IMG/VR virus record: IMGVR_UViG_2529292997_000011
Location: 1-19,442 of that record
Direction: 5' to 3' (one strand)
From: a virus
Taxonomy: Duplodnaviria; Heunggongvirae; Uroviricota; Caudoviricetes
Length of the DNA stretch: 19,442 bases
Shown: positions 1 to 8,877 of the stretch, one piece after another
How the letters are laid out: each line of letters opens with the position of its first letter
Numbering within the stretch: the stretch's first letter is position 1
Notes under the pieces: model-generated
The model's input: the letters and a program-made list of their open reading frames with translations, nothing else
What the model was told of the DNA's origin: nothing
The model's database searches: none
Position numbers and translations under genes: made by a program

Positions 1-446
1 GAGGCACTGACCGCGCTCAGTTCGCTGCACTGCTCGATGCGCCAGCGGCTGATCACCTCCTGCTCCGGATCGGCGTCACTGTTTCCGTTGACGAAGTTCA
101 CCGCATCCAGAAAACGGGCGTAAACCTTACGCCTGACCACCGTTCCGCCGACCAGACTCTGCAGATCTTCCGCCATCCCGGTGACCATGCCGTACAGGTT
201 AGAGACTTTAAGCGTTGGCCTTGCACTGGCTCCTTTGCCGTTCATCTCAAATCCGCTTCCCTGAATGGGATAAGCCTGATACTGCCGCCCCTGCCAGGTG
301 ACTGGTTCACCCTTTTCGTTCTGCTCATTACAGAAGAAATAACGATCTCCGCCGACCTCTGTCAGATCAATTTCCCAGAGCACGACCAGCGCGGATTGCT
401 CCGTTTTAGTGCACTCATTGAGTGTTTCCTGCTGTATATCCTGCAT
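1..446 (-). CDS. L: Minor tail protein L (lambda gpL-like), N-terminal part only; the gene runs off the window start
   Basis: Minus-strand ATG at 446..444 (the ORF track omits it because the ORF leaves the window). Hand translation begins MQDIQQETLNECTKTEQSALVVLWEIDLT, which I recognise from memory as close to the lambda gpL N-terminus. Start overlaps the stop of the upstream M gene (TGATG). Confidence 0.8.
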   Translation of the reverse strand, partial: MQDIQQETLNECTKTEQSALVVLWEIDLTEVGGDRYFFCNEQNEKGEPVTWQGRQYQAYPIQGSGFEMNGKGASARPTLKVSNLYGMVTGMAEDLQSLVGGTVVRRKVYARFLDAVNFVNGNSDADPEQEVISRWRIEQCSELSAVSA

Positions 447-802
447 CAGTGAGTGACCTCTTCAAAGGTACAGTTAAAATCGGTATACATGGCATTATCC
501 GAAATGCTCCACTCCCTGCAGACAACCCGGACAGTCCTGTTGTGTTTTGGCGGACGCCACAAAAAAGCACGAATCCCGGCATGACGGGATAAAAAACTGT
601 CCAGCGCGGCACGGGAATATTCATCTGTGACACGAAATACCGGTTTAAACGTTTTCAGATCCGCATTCAGACCACCAGCCCGTCGCTGTTCATATCCGTC
701 ACCAAACTTTACCGTAATAACTGATGGCTTTCGTGTCGTCTCCATCCCCTCACGGGGGATCCAGTTAAAAACTTCAGGCTCAGGCACTGTACAATCCTCC
801 AT
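446..802 (-). CDS. M: Minor tail protein M (lambda gpM-like)
   Basis: ORF 446..832 contains FGDGYEQRRAGGLNADLKT and FLWRPPKH, resembling lambda gpM from memory. Start is ambiguous (832, 802 or 745); 802 gives a lambda-like length. Position between tape measure and L fits the lambda order H-M-L. Confidence 0.75.
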   Translation of the reverse strand: MEDCTVPEPEVFNWIPREGMETTRKPSVITVKFGDGYEQRRAGGLNADLKTFKPVFRVTDEYSRAALDSFLSRHAGIRAFLWRPPKHNRTVRVVCREWSISDNAMYTDFNCTFEEVTH

Positions 803-3800
803 CCCGACGCGATGACTGCATAATTGACACAACCCTGCTGTCGATCAGATCCACCAGTCCCCTGGCTGAGCGCGCATCTATCTCGCCATTGCTCCCTTGA
901 TTCTGAATGCTGATGTGATACACGGGAGAATAAACAAATCCACCGCCACCATTCACATTTCCAATGGCCCTGACCCCAAGAGAGCCGTCCGCTGCCCGTG
1001 TCAGTGGCATGATTGCTTCAGGCCCGGCCTCGCCCATCAGCCCGGCACCTTTCGCAAAAGCAAAATACGTCGGGGTATCCACAATGGTGTTACTGTAAGC
1101 ACTCAGATTTGCCGATGTATAAACACCACCTTTTGCGTTTGCCACTGCACCGGAAAGCCAGTCGCCGACTGTACCAAGCCATCCTCCGGCACCGGACATG
1201 CTTTTGGAAAGTGACTTCAGCCCGTTAACGATGGCAGCGTTCATCAGAATTTTTGAAACTTCCTGGAGAATTGAACTCCCCCAGTTTCTCCAGTCCACAA
1301 CATTTCCGGCCAGTGCATCGGAAATATTTGATACCAGCCCGTCCATAGTGGAAACGACAGCATCTGCCGCCTGCGAAGCATAATCGGTGGCACTGTCTGC
1401 CCAGTTCGTCAGTCCCTCCTGGAGTCCGGCATTCCAGTTACTGCGTAAAGCATCAGCCTTTGCATAATAATCCTGCTGATCGCTGAGACGCTCTTCCAGA
1501 TATTTTTCATTCAGAGATTTTTCCTGTTTCCACAGGGCTTCTTCAATTTCTCCGGCCTGATACTGTCTCAGTAGCTCGTTATTTTTCTGCTCAAACTCCT
1601 GCCGGATGCTCCACATTTCCTGAAGTCGTTCACGCATCCGTGAGCCTTCACCATATCCCAGTAACTGAGCCTCATTTGATGCTCTGACACTGGCATTACT
1701 GTCCGCCAGACTGCTCTCATACGCAGCAAGCTGCTCACGAATCTTTTTCTGGTCGATGAGTGCTGCATTCTGCAAAAGCGTTTTTTTCTGCGCTTCTGAC
1801 AGGGTTGATAATTCGCCCTGGCTGACCTGATATTTCATCTTAGCCAGTTCAGTATTCTGCCCTGCCAGTGCTATTTGCTCTTTTTGCTGTTTAATCAGTT
1901 GCTTATAAGTATCTTCTATTTTTTCCGCTTCGGTCTTTTTATGCGCTTTGGGTTTATTTGCCTGGTTATTTCGCCATGCATCCAGTGAGTTATTTATATA
2001 ATTCAGTCTTGCTGTCTGATACGCCTCTCCCACAAAGCCGAGATCATCCGCAGCATAACCCAGGCGGGCACGCTCACGAGCTTCCCCCTTCAGGCGGGAC
2101 AGAGCCAGTTCGCGCTCGCTGTTATTCAGTGCGGTCTGCTGTTTATCATCCAGGGTTGCCTGTGGTAGCCGTAACGGTACATTCACCAGCCCCTGTCGCT
2201 GCTGAAGTAATTCATTACCGAGCCCGAGAAGGCGATTAAACTCGGTATGCTGCCCATTCATGATCAACAGGGACTGATACGCTTTGTTTTGTTCCGCTGC
2301 CTGTTGACGGATCAACGCCACCCGTCGCTCCTCCAGCCCGGCAAGCACATCCTGAATGGATTGCGCTTTGCCCTGCATTTGAGTGAGGCGAGACTGTTCA
2401 ACTGCCAGTTGATTTGTTGCTTCTGCAAGCCCTTCTGTGACAGTTTTTACCGACGTCATGTGGTTAATCATAAAACCGTTATCGGTTGTCCAGCCCGGGT
2501 TTGCCAGCACATACTGATAGCCAGCAATTTTTTCCTGTAAGGATTTAATCTTACTTTTCTGCTCGTCAATTAACCTGTTTTGCTCCTTCAGTGCCTGTCG
2601 CGTCTTTTCCTCATTATCTGACGCTTCAGGAAGCGACATTGCCGACGTTTTCTGGCGAATTTCGTCGATTGTTGCGGCATACTGTCGTGCAGATTCTCTG
2701 GCCTGCTCCTGATTCTGATACATCGTGTACCAGGCCGCAGCCCCCAGCATGACGAGTCCCGGCACACCACCAACCAGCCCCAGCGCGCCACTTAATAAAC
2801 GACTCCCCACTGACGTAACATTATTCAGCGTTGTCTGTGCCGCTGTTCTGGCCGCAATATTACGGGTAAGTGACACCTGGGCAGCTGTCAGCTTCGCTTC
2901 TGCTGCGGCCTGCCTTTCGGTACCGCGAGCAGCAACAACCGCCTGTTGCGCACGATAAACCGCCGCACGCGCCCTGGCGGTTGCTATCTGTGTCCCCCGA
3001 AGTTGCACTTCAGCAAGAGCCACTTCGTTTCTGGCTGCAGTAATTAATCCGGCAGTTGCAGATCCAGCAGACGACGCCATATTGCCAAAATATCGGGCTA
3101 CCCCGACGGCAACCAGAGCACCAGCAGCGGTTGCCACGGTGTCAATATTGCCTGCAATACCATTCAGCACACCGGAGAGCGTCTTCGTCACTCCGCTTGC
3201 CTCGTTCGCACCACCAACCCAGGCCATAAAGGCGTTTTCAACTTTGGTTGCAGAGGATGAAACCGTATCAGGCATTGCTGCATATTCATCACGCAACGCC
3301 CCAAGCTGACTAATCAGTGCAGGAACAACCTTATCGGCGGTCAGTTTTCCGTTATCCGCCATGGCCTTCAGATCCTTACGGGCAACCCCCATTCCCGCAG
3401 CCAGCGCACGAATAACACGATCGCCGTTCTCATTCACCGAGTTAAACTCTTCACCGCGCAGCACTCCCTGCGCCAGTGCCTGACTGAACTGCGTGATCAC
3501 CGAACTGGCTTCTGCTGTACTGGCACCGGATAATTTCAGGCCCGTGGAGATCGCCTCGGTGACTTTCAGTACCTCCTCAGAACTGTAACCATACTCCCGC
3601 ATGGAAGCTGCAGAACGGGCAAAAAGGCTGGCGTTATCAGAAAACGCCGTCCCCGTTCTCTGGCTGATCGCCATTAATTCACGCTGTGATGACTGAAAAT
3701 CATCACTGGACTGTGAGGCCTGCTTCAGACGGGCATTTACTGAATTCCACTCATCGGCGAGAGAAATAAGATGACCGGTAGCAAAAGCCCCGGCAAATGC

Positions 3801-4025
3801 CCCCGCCATGTTCAGTGCCGAAGATTTAGCTGTATTTATCTGATCCGTCACTTCTGCCAGTGCACGCCGCATTTCACGGGATGCAGCAGCGGACTGTCGG
3901 CCTCCGTTCTGCATGGTACGGTAGTAATCCTGCCCCATACGCGAAGCCCGGGAGATCTCTGACTGGAATGACCGGGAATTTGCCGAGATTTTAATAATCA
4001 GTTCACGTAATGTCGCCACACTCAT
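780..4025 (-). CDS. H: Tail tape measure protein (gpH-like), 1081 aa
   Basis: Very long ORF immediately downstream of the G/G-T chaperone pair, Ala/Gln-rich with long coiled-coil stretches and an internal hydrophobic segment (GLVGGVPGLVMLGAAAWY). The ATG at 4025 has a GGAG almost abutting it, so the true start may be the GTG two codons downstream. Confidence 0.9.
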   Translation of the reverse strand: MSVATLRELIIKISANSRSFQSEISRASRMGQDYYRTMQNGGRQSAAASREMRRALAEVTDQINTAKSSALNMAGAFAGAFATGHLISLADEWNSVNARLKQASQSSDDFQSSQRELMAISQRTGTAFSDNASLFARSAASMREYGYSSEEVLKVTEAISTGLKLSGASTAEASSVITQFSQALAQGVLRGEEFNSVNENGDRVIRALAAGMGVARKDLKAMADNGKLTADKVVPALISQLGALRDEYAAMPDTVSSSATKVENAFMAWVGGANEASGVTKTLSGVLNGIAGNIDTVATAAGALVAVGVARYFGNMASSAGSATAGLITAARNEVALAEVQLRGTQIATARARAAVYRAQQAVVAARGTERQAAAEAKLTAAQVSLTRNIAARTAAQTTLNNVTSVGSRLLSGALGLVGGVPGLVMLGAAAWYTMYQNQEQARESARQYAATIDEIRQKTSAMSLPEASDNEEKTRQALKEQNRLIDEQKSKIKSLQEKIAGYQYVLANPGWTTDNGFMINHMTSVKTVTEGLAEATNQLAVEQSRLTQMQGKAQSIQDVLAGLEERRVALIRQQAAEQNKAYQSLLIMNGQHTEFNRLLGLGNELLQQRQGLVNVPLRLPQATLDDKQQTALNNSERELALSRLKGEARERARLGYAADDLGFVGEAYQTARLNYINNSLDAWRNNQANKPKAHKKTEAEKIEDTYKQLIKQQKEQIALAGQNTELAKMKYQVSQGELSTLSEAQKKTLLQNAALIDQKKIREQLAAYESSLADSNASVRASNEAQLLGYGEGSRMRERLQEMWSIRQEFEQKNNELLRQYQAGEIEEALWKQEKSLNEKYLEERLSDQQDYYAKADALRSNWNAGLQEGLTNWADSATDYASQAADAVVSTMDGLVSNISDALAGNVVDWRNWGSSILQEVSKILMNAAIVNGLKSLSKSMSGAGGWLGTVGDWLSGAVANAKGGVYTSANLSAYSNTIVDTPTYFAFAKGAGLMGEAGPEAIMPLTRAADGSLGVRAIGNVNGGGGFVYSPVYHISIQNQGSNGEIDARSARGLVDLIDSRVVSIMQSSRRDGGLYSA

Positions 4026-4032
4026 TCTCCGG

Positions 4033-4057
4033 ACGAAAAAAAACCGCCGAAGCGGTT
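4033..4057 (-). terminator. Terminator-like hairpin plus U-run between the G-T chaperone and the tape measure gene
   Basis: Minus-strand transcript reads AACCGC-UUCG-GCGGUU followed by UUUUUUUU (plus-strand stem 4042-4047 / 4052-4057). Confidence 0.4.
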
Positions 4058-4065
4058 ATGTTGAC

Positions 4066-4754
4066 TCACTGAGACACTATTAAAAGCGCGTTTTCCAGTC
4101 CGGCAAATGGATCTGATACGCCTTCTGTCTGCTCCTTCTCCCACTGAAGAAGCGCATCATTCAGTGGCACTTTGACCCCCTGCGCACCGTAAACAGCTGA
4201 AACAATCTGGGCAGCCCGGATATCAGCCCGTTCGTCCCCCAGCGGGCTGAACCTGTCAAATTCTGCCCACATCATGATTTCTGATGCGGACATTTCCCGG
4301 CGTAACTCTGACAATGTGCGCCCCATCCTGAGCGCCAGCATCATCAGAAAACGCATCCCCGGAAGCGCTACTTTTTTTTAACCTCGCCGGCATCACTGAT
4401 TAGTTCCAGAGACTGCCGAAGAAGCCGCGCATGCACCGGGCCATACACGGCAATCACCTGTTCACGATCATCCTCTGAAAATACAGGTTGCAGTCCGGTA
4501 TCACACAGAACATCGATGAACAGTTCAACATCCGCTTCCAGATTTCGGCGGGCGCGCTCCGCAACGGATAACGGTGTCTCATCATCTTTTGCTTTAACGA
4601 TCTCCTGCCAGCGCAACCAGGCTTCTGCAGAAGGTTCCCGTAATACAACCGTTGCCCCTTCCCATTCAGGCACATCAACAGTTTTATGGCGAAACCCCGA
4701 CATCGTTGCCAGTGCCAGATTACGGATATTTTTAGTCATCACATCTATCCTCAT
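4066..4754 (-). CDS. Tail assembly chaperone G-T fusion produced by programmed -1 ribosomal frameshift
   Basis: Slippery heptamer A_AAA_AAG on the minus strand (plus coordinates 4371-4377) is in the zero frame of the G ORF, two codons before its TAG. A -1 slip continues ...KK-VALPGMRFLMMLALRMG..., which is exactly the 4066..4356 ORF of the track. I checked the frame arithmetic by hand (codon tops 2 mod 3 shift to 0 mod 3). Confidence 0.75.
4368..4754 (-). CDS. Tail assembly chaperone (gpG-like)
   Basis: 128-aa ORF directly between the major tail protein and the tape measure gene, ending ...GEVKKK-stop on a slippery A-run. This position and the frameshift architecture are diagnostic of the G / G-T chaperone pair. 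Confidence 0.8.
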   Translation of the reverse strand: MRIDVMTKNIRNLALATMSGFRHKTVDVPEWEGATVVLREPSAEAWLRWQEIVKAKDDETPLSVAERARRNLEADVELFIDVLCDTGLQPVFSEDDREQVIAVYGPVHARLLRQSLELISDAGEVKKK

Positions 4755-5458
4755 TAACTGACGGTAACAGTGCAGGAAGTAGAGGTCACTTTGTTAACCG
4801 GGCTTGCTGAATCAGAAATCTCGCAGGTATATGCACCCGCATCACCGGATACTGCCGATGCCTTACTGAACGTTGCCGCCGTCTGTCCGGAAACAGGAGA
4901 ACCACCTTTCTTCCAGACATAAGAATAAGGCGGCACACCACCCGCAGCCTCAACCGCCATTTCAAGTTTCGATCCGGAAGCAACCCGCAGCGTGCTTTTT
5001 AAATCGACCTTCACTTTCAGCGGCTCTGTCGTCAGCACAGGTTTACCTTTCAGGCGCAGAGAAAACGTTGCAGCCACAACACCATTGGTTCCTGCAGACC
5101 AGGTATGCTGACGCACCTCTGCCATAAAGGTAAATCCGTTGCCTGACGGAAAAATAACTTTAAAGCCATACGTGGTGTCATTGTCATAGGCACTGCGCAA
5201 CGCGTTCTGGGCAGCATTGAGGTAAAAGTTGCCTGACATGGAAATCTCTGAAGCAGCACCAAGGCCGTTAATATTTTCCTGCTCAACAGAACACAGCGTG
5301 GTGACATCAATATCCTGCTTTTGTCCTGCAGTAAACTGCACCTCTTTGATTGTACAGCTCAGGCCAAGATAGCTGGCAGAATCCAGGGTTTCTGCTGTTA
5401 CCGGTGCAGACGAAATCATAATTTTCGTCAGTTGCGAACGCTCAAAATTAGAGGACAT
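4754..5458 (-). CDS. Major tail protein with C-terminal Ig-like (Big_2-type) domain
   Basis: ORF 4754..5509; probable start is the ATG at 5458 (MSSNFERSQL...) preceded by AGGAG. Sits upstream of the G/G-T pair. The C-terminal approx. 80 aa (SGSKLEMAVEAAGGVPPYSYVWKKGG...AYTCEISD...TVTVS) look like a bacterial Ig-like domain. Confidence 0.8.
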   Translation of the reverse strand: MSSNFERSQLTKIMISSAPVTAETLDSASYLGLSCTIKEVQFTAGQKQDIDVTTLCSVEQENINGLGAASEISMSGNFYLNAAQNALRSAYDNDTTYGFKVIFPSGNGFTFMAEVRQHTWSAGTNGVVAATFSLRLKGKPVLTTEPLKVKVDLKSTLRVASGSKLEMAVEAAGGVPPYSYVWKKGGSPVSGQTAATFSKASAVSGDAGAYTCEISDSASPVNKVTSTSCTVTVS

Positions 5459-5470
5459 ACTCGTCTCCTG

Positions 5471-5496
5471 AAAATAAAAAACCCGCCAGCGGCGGG
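5471..5496 (-). terminator. Intrinsic terminator-like hairpin immediately upstream of the major tail gene
   Basis: Minus-strand CCCGCC-GCU-GGCGGG followed by UUUUUUAUUUU. Confidence 0.5.
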
Positions 5497-5517
5497 TGGG
5501 TAAAATCATTAACGACC

Positions 5518-5862
5518 TCAGGCTATTACCTGAAATTCAAGCGTGGCTCTGCTCAGACGGGAGTCAGGATCATACCCCTGCGTTTTAGAAATAACGGAGG
5601 GTGCCAGTTTCCTTACTGCATCAAGCGCCTGCTCACGAATATCATCTGCGTCATCAGGTACTGTCGCCCAGACATCGATCTGCACGGTAATTCTGGATTC
5701 AGCCTGCCCATCAAGCACATCAGATGCCGTGTCAGACACCACAGAAAACACCAGCCACGGCGGAGATACCGCAGGCTTTCCCTCCGTCAGCGGGACCACA
5801 TAAGGATAAACCTGTCCTCCGGCCAGCTGAGACAACAGGGAATACAGTGTGCCCTCCCTCAT
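5518..5862 (-). CDS. Putative tail completion / tail terminator protein (assigned by position)
   Basis: 114-aa ORF overlapping the upstream gene by 4 nt, located between the HK97 gp10-like gene and the major tail gene. The call rests on synteny only. Confidence 0.55.
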   Translation of the reverse strand: MREGTLYSLLSQLAGGQVYPYVVPLTEGKPAVSPPWLVFSVVSDTASDVLDGQAESRITVQIDVWATVPDDADDIREQALDAVRKLAPSVISKTQGYDPDSRLSRATLEFQVIA

Positions 5863-6308
5863 TTACTTAAGACCTCATCAATAGCCTGATTCATTCGCTG
5901 TATGGCAACCTGCGCCGCCAGCTCCTCTGTCGTATCGAAAGCCGGGCGAATGAATGGATGCGCGGGCATGTTTATCGTTCCCAGCTCCACAAAGCGCCAG
6001 TAAAATGCATTTCGGGGATCGCTGGCTTTCATGCTGTTATCACTGTTTCCGGTTCGCAGGTTCCGTCCGCGAATGTGGACACCCGAGATAATTTCCCCCC
6101 GACGCTTTGAACGCTGAGTGAGAACAACCACATTTTTCTTCAGTTTCCCGGTTCGCTCCGGCGCACGTTCAACAACTGCATCCCGCATAACTTCAGCACC
6201 GGCACGGGTGGCATCGCGCAGAACCTTATTGTTTTCTGCCCTGCTGAGCGTCTCCAGATCCCGTGCAATATCCGCCAGGCCGGAAAAATCAAGACTGAAA
6301 TCCATCAC
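5859..6308 (-). CDS. HK97 gp10-family phage protein (head-tail joining / tail component)
   Basis: 149-aa ORF with the AHPFIRPAFD motif that I recognise as typical of the HK97 gp10 family; overlaps neighbours by 4 nt on both sides. Confidence 0.65.
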   Translation of the reverse strand: MMDFSLDFSGLADIARDLETLSRAENNKVLRDATRAGAEVMRDAVVERAPERTGKLKKNVVVLTQRSKRRGEIISGVHIRGRNLRTGNSDNSMKASDPRNAFYWRFVELGTINMPAHPFIRPAFDTTEELAAQVAIQRMNQAIDEVLSK

Positions 6309-6643
6309 ACATTCCCCTTCAGGCTGCAGAGTATTTCAAGCCGGGTAGCGCGTGCATCCGGTATTGGTGGACCTTCTATACCCAGAATGGCCCCTTTAAA
6401 TGCACCGGTCAGCACTTTCAGACGTGAAGTCGCTGTCACATCGCGCCGGAATCTCATCCAGACTCTGACCGTAGCCTGAGCGGTTTCTGCTCCGCCTGAG
6501 ATTATCTCCCTCCCGCTGATACCCTTAACTTCTGCCCATACGGTAGCTCCCTCCGTCACCGTCTCCACCGGATGCCCTGACGGAGAGCGGGCGGTGGTGA
6601 CATTCAGAATAATTACGCGATCACGTAATCTGCCCGCCTGCAT
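6305..6643 (-). CDS. Head closure / head-tail adaptor protein
   Basis: 112-aa ORF beginning MQAGRLRDRVIIL...; size and position between the connector gene and the gp10-like gene match head-tail adaptor genes of HK97-like phages. Confidence 0.65.
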   Translation of the reverse strand: MQAGRLRDRVIILNVTTARSPSGHPVETVTEGATVWAEVKGISGREIISGGAETAQATVRVWMRFRRDVTATSRLKVLTGAFKGAILGIEGPPIPDARATRLEILCSLKGNV

Positions 6644-6651
6644 GTCTCCTC

Positions 6652-6969
6652 CTACAAAGGAATAAAACGATAAGGCTCCAGCAGAGAAGAAAAACCAAAC
6701 GGGACTGGTGCCTTGCTGACATCTGAGGAATTTTCCCGGTTTTCGTACCAGTGCCCGACCAGCAACATGAGCGCCAGCAAAACATCATCAGCTATAAGCA
6801 CCCCTTCAGGATCACCTTCCGGCACCGTCTCCTCATAAAGCTTACGGTTGATAAAATTTTCTGCCTTGCGGCAGGCAGCCCGGAAATACAGCATCAGTAA
6901 CTCATCATCAGTTGCATCATCTGTATCAATACGGCACTGCGCCCTGAGTTTTTCCACTATTGCTGCCAT
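6652..6969 (-). CDS. gp6-like head-tail connector protein
   Basis: Track ORF 6652..7149 would overlap the capsid gene. The internal ATG at 6969 (MAAIVEKLRAQ...) has AGGAG at 6-nt spacing and lies after the terminator hairpins, so it is the likely start. First gene after the capsid gene, as in HK97. Confidence 0.65.
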   Translation of the reverse strand: MAAIVEKLRAQCRIDTDDATDDELLMLYFRAACRKAENFINRKLYEETVPEGDPEGVLIADDVLLALMLLVGHWYENRENSSDVSKAPVPFGFSSLLEPYRFIPL

Positions 6970-6980
6970 CAGAAACTCCT

Positions 6981-7024
6981 GCCCGCAACACTGTGCGGGC
7001 ATAAAAAAACCGCGTCGGCGCGGT
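6981..7024 (-). terminator. Tandem hairpins downstream of the major capsid gene; the first has a U7 tail
   Basis: Minus-strand ACCGCG-CCGA-CGCGGU followed by UUUUUUUA (7002-7024), then a second hairpin GCCCGCA-cagugu-UGCGGGC (6981-7000), then the RBS of the next gene. Confidence 0.5.
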
Positions 7025-7045
7025 CTGTAACTGAACAACGAGTGG

Positions 7046-8263
7046 TTATTTGCCAGTGAGCGCCTTGATGGCTGCCACATCTTCCAGCACACAGTCAAAA
7101 CGATGGAAAGCCAGAAATGCCACCTGATCAAACTCAGCATAACGCTCAACCAGACGTTTCAGTTCCATATAAGTAACGCGGCGAATGATAAAGCGGTTGA
7201 AATCCCCCAGGAAAATGAATTTTTTTCCGGTACCAATCCCGTCAATAGCCTGATCAATAACATAAGGGATCCCCAGCACAGTAGCCGGCGTACCGCCTGC
7301 AATATCCGGCAGCCATAACGGGCGTTTCTGTCCATCCTCCATCTCTTCAATAGTCTGCAATGTGGCATCATTGAATGCCCAGCGGTATTTCGGCCCACCA
7401 CGATATGCCGGATCAATGGCATGTTTCAGGGCATTCATTTCTTTCCAGGTGAAAGCGGCAGAGGCTGCAGTCTGGATGATTCCCGTCACCGACGCTGCCA
7501 GCCCTTTTGGCTGTAACGGTGATCCCGTTCCGGTCCCCTGAACCAGATATTTCGCCTCTCCACGACCAATACGCTGGGCAATACGGTTTGCCAGATAAGA
7601 TTCAATATCCACCCCACTGTCCTGGAGCAGCTCATTGGACACACGAATTATTTTTGATGACAGCTTTTTAGCCCCCAGAATAGCGGTCCCGAACGTCACA
7701 TCCTGTTCCGTTGCGGCTGTATTTTCCGCCAGCAGTTCGCCCTCTTCAGTCGTGCCATCAGACGTTGACCAGGTGATATCCTGCCCGGTTGATGTGGTCA
7801 GAAGTTGCGCAACACTGGCAATCCCGCCATAAGCCTTCATGGTGTCAATGATTTTGTTACGCATCTGCGTGGGCACCGTATATCCGCCCTGAGAATCCGT
7901 TGTTACACTCTGAGCCCGCAGTTCACGCATCAGATTACGCTCTTCAGCATTCAGTTCTGCAAATCCGGCACGCAGAAAACGGTTAAATGCCGCAGCGCGC
8001 TTCTCTTCCACCGCCTTTTTCCCGTTCTCCGCCTCATTATTCTGGCGCTCTTCCGGCCCGGACTCATCCACATATGCCTGATCCTGACGGCGCAACTCTT
8101 CTTCACGGGCGATTTGCTCATCCAGCGCATCCAGCTCAGCTTTCGCCCTGTTCCACTCTGCCCGTTGCTCATCAGTCCATGCGTTATCACCAATTTTTTC
8201 ATGCAGTGCACGCATATCCTTTGCAATGGTGTTTCGTTTTTGCTTCATCTCATGAAGTTTCAT
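7046..8263 (-). CDS. Major capsid protein, HK97 fold, with N-terminal delta/scaffold domain
   Basis: 405-aa ORF directly after the prohead protease. N-terminal approx. 100 aa are charged and coiled-coil (EELRRQDQAYVDE...), consistent with a delta domain; the remainder has the size and character of HK97-family capsid proteins. Confidence 0.9.
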   Translation of the reverse strand: MKLHEMKQKRNTIAKDMRALHEKIGDNAWTDEQRAEWNRAKAELDALDEQIAREEELRRQDQAYVDESGPEERQNNEAENGKKAVEEKRAAAFNRFLRAGFAELNAEERNLMRELRAQSVTTDSQGGYTVPTQMRNKIIDTMKAYGGIASVAQLLTTSTGQDITWSTSDGTTEEGELLAENTAATEQDVTFGTAILGAKKLSSKIIRVSNELLQDSGVDIESYLANRIAQRIGRGEAKYLVQGTGTGSPLQPKGLAASVTGIIQTAASAAFTWKEMNALKHAIDPAYRGGPKYRWAFNDATLQTIEEMEDGQKRPLWLPDIAGGTPATVLGIPYVIDQAIDGIGTGKKFIFLGDFNRFIIRRVTYMELKRLVERYAEFDQVAFLAFHRFDCVLEDVAAIKALTGK

Positions 8264-8277
8264 CGTCAGTAGTATCC

Positions 8278-8877
8278 TTATGCATTAAGAAGGGTCAAAA
8301 GACGCTCACGCGCCATTCGTTCGTTAACAGCTTTCTTCAGCGCACCACTCGCCCGCGCTTCCTGCCAGGCTTTCATTGAGCGGACACCAGAGTCTGCGTC
8401 CTGATAGGCCGGATATGTCACCGGGCTGACGTCATACAGACGAGAAATGCGCGTGATTTCCCGGATAACAATCCCCTCGTCGTCTTCATACCAGCTCTCT
8501 CCATCACGAGCGACGCGAAACGCGAACGAGGACTGATTAATGTCACCACGCAACATTGGTGACAGCACCAGGTCACAAATCGTCGGCGTATCCGGTGCAA
8601 CAATGTCGTAACGCAAACCACGTTCATCCACTGATAATGACAACGTGCCGGCAGAACTTCGTCCGAGAATGAAATTAGGATCATGATTAAACAATCCACG
8701 TACATCATCATTCAGCACGTCGTCAAAAGCCCCCGGCTTGATGATTTCACGAAATCCCCACAGAGGTTCTGAACGACTGTTAAATACCGAGCCATACCCC
8801 AAAATATGAGTCGGGGCATTATCATATTGTTCTGCCCGCACTTCCCCGCTGTAACAGCGCGTTTCACGGTCATTCAT
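8278..8877 (-). CDS. Prohead maturation protease (HK97 family)
   Basis: ORF 8278..8916; probable start at the ATG at 8877 (MNDRETRCYSGE...), 2 nt past the portal stop. Lies between portal and capsid genes, the canonical position. Confidence 0.8.
   Translation of the reverse strand: MNDRETRCYSGEVRAEQYDNAPTHILGYGSVFNSRSEPLWGFREIIKPGAFDDVLNDDVRGLFNHDPNFILGRSSAGTLSLSVDERGLRYDIVAPDTPTICDLVLSPMLRGDINQSSFAFRVARDGESWYEDDEGIVIREITRISRLYDVSPVTYPAYQDADSGVRSMKAWQEARASGALKKAVNERMARERLLTLLNA

Noticed and set aside
415-633. 72-aa minus-strand ORF overlapping the 3' end of the M gene and the start of L
   Set aside because: Lies in an alternative frame of two well-supported tail genes, with no RBS and no recognisable motif; typical shadow ORF.
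5461-5520. Hairpin at 5471-5496 as a frameshift-stimulating structure or as the terminator of the whole head module
   Set aside because: There is no slippery sequence or overlapping alternative frame nearby, and tail genes essential for virion assembly lie downstream, so complete termination here is implausible; retained only as a partial terminator or stability element.
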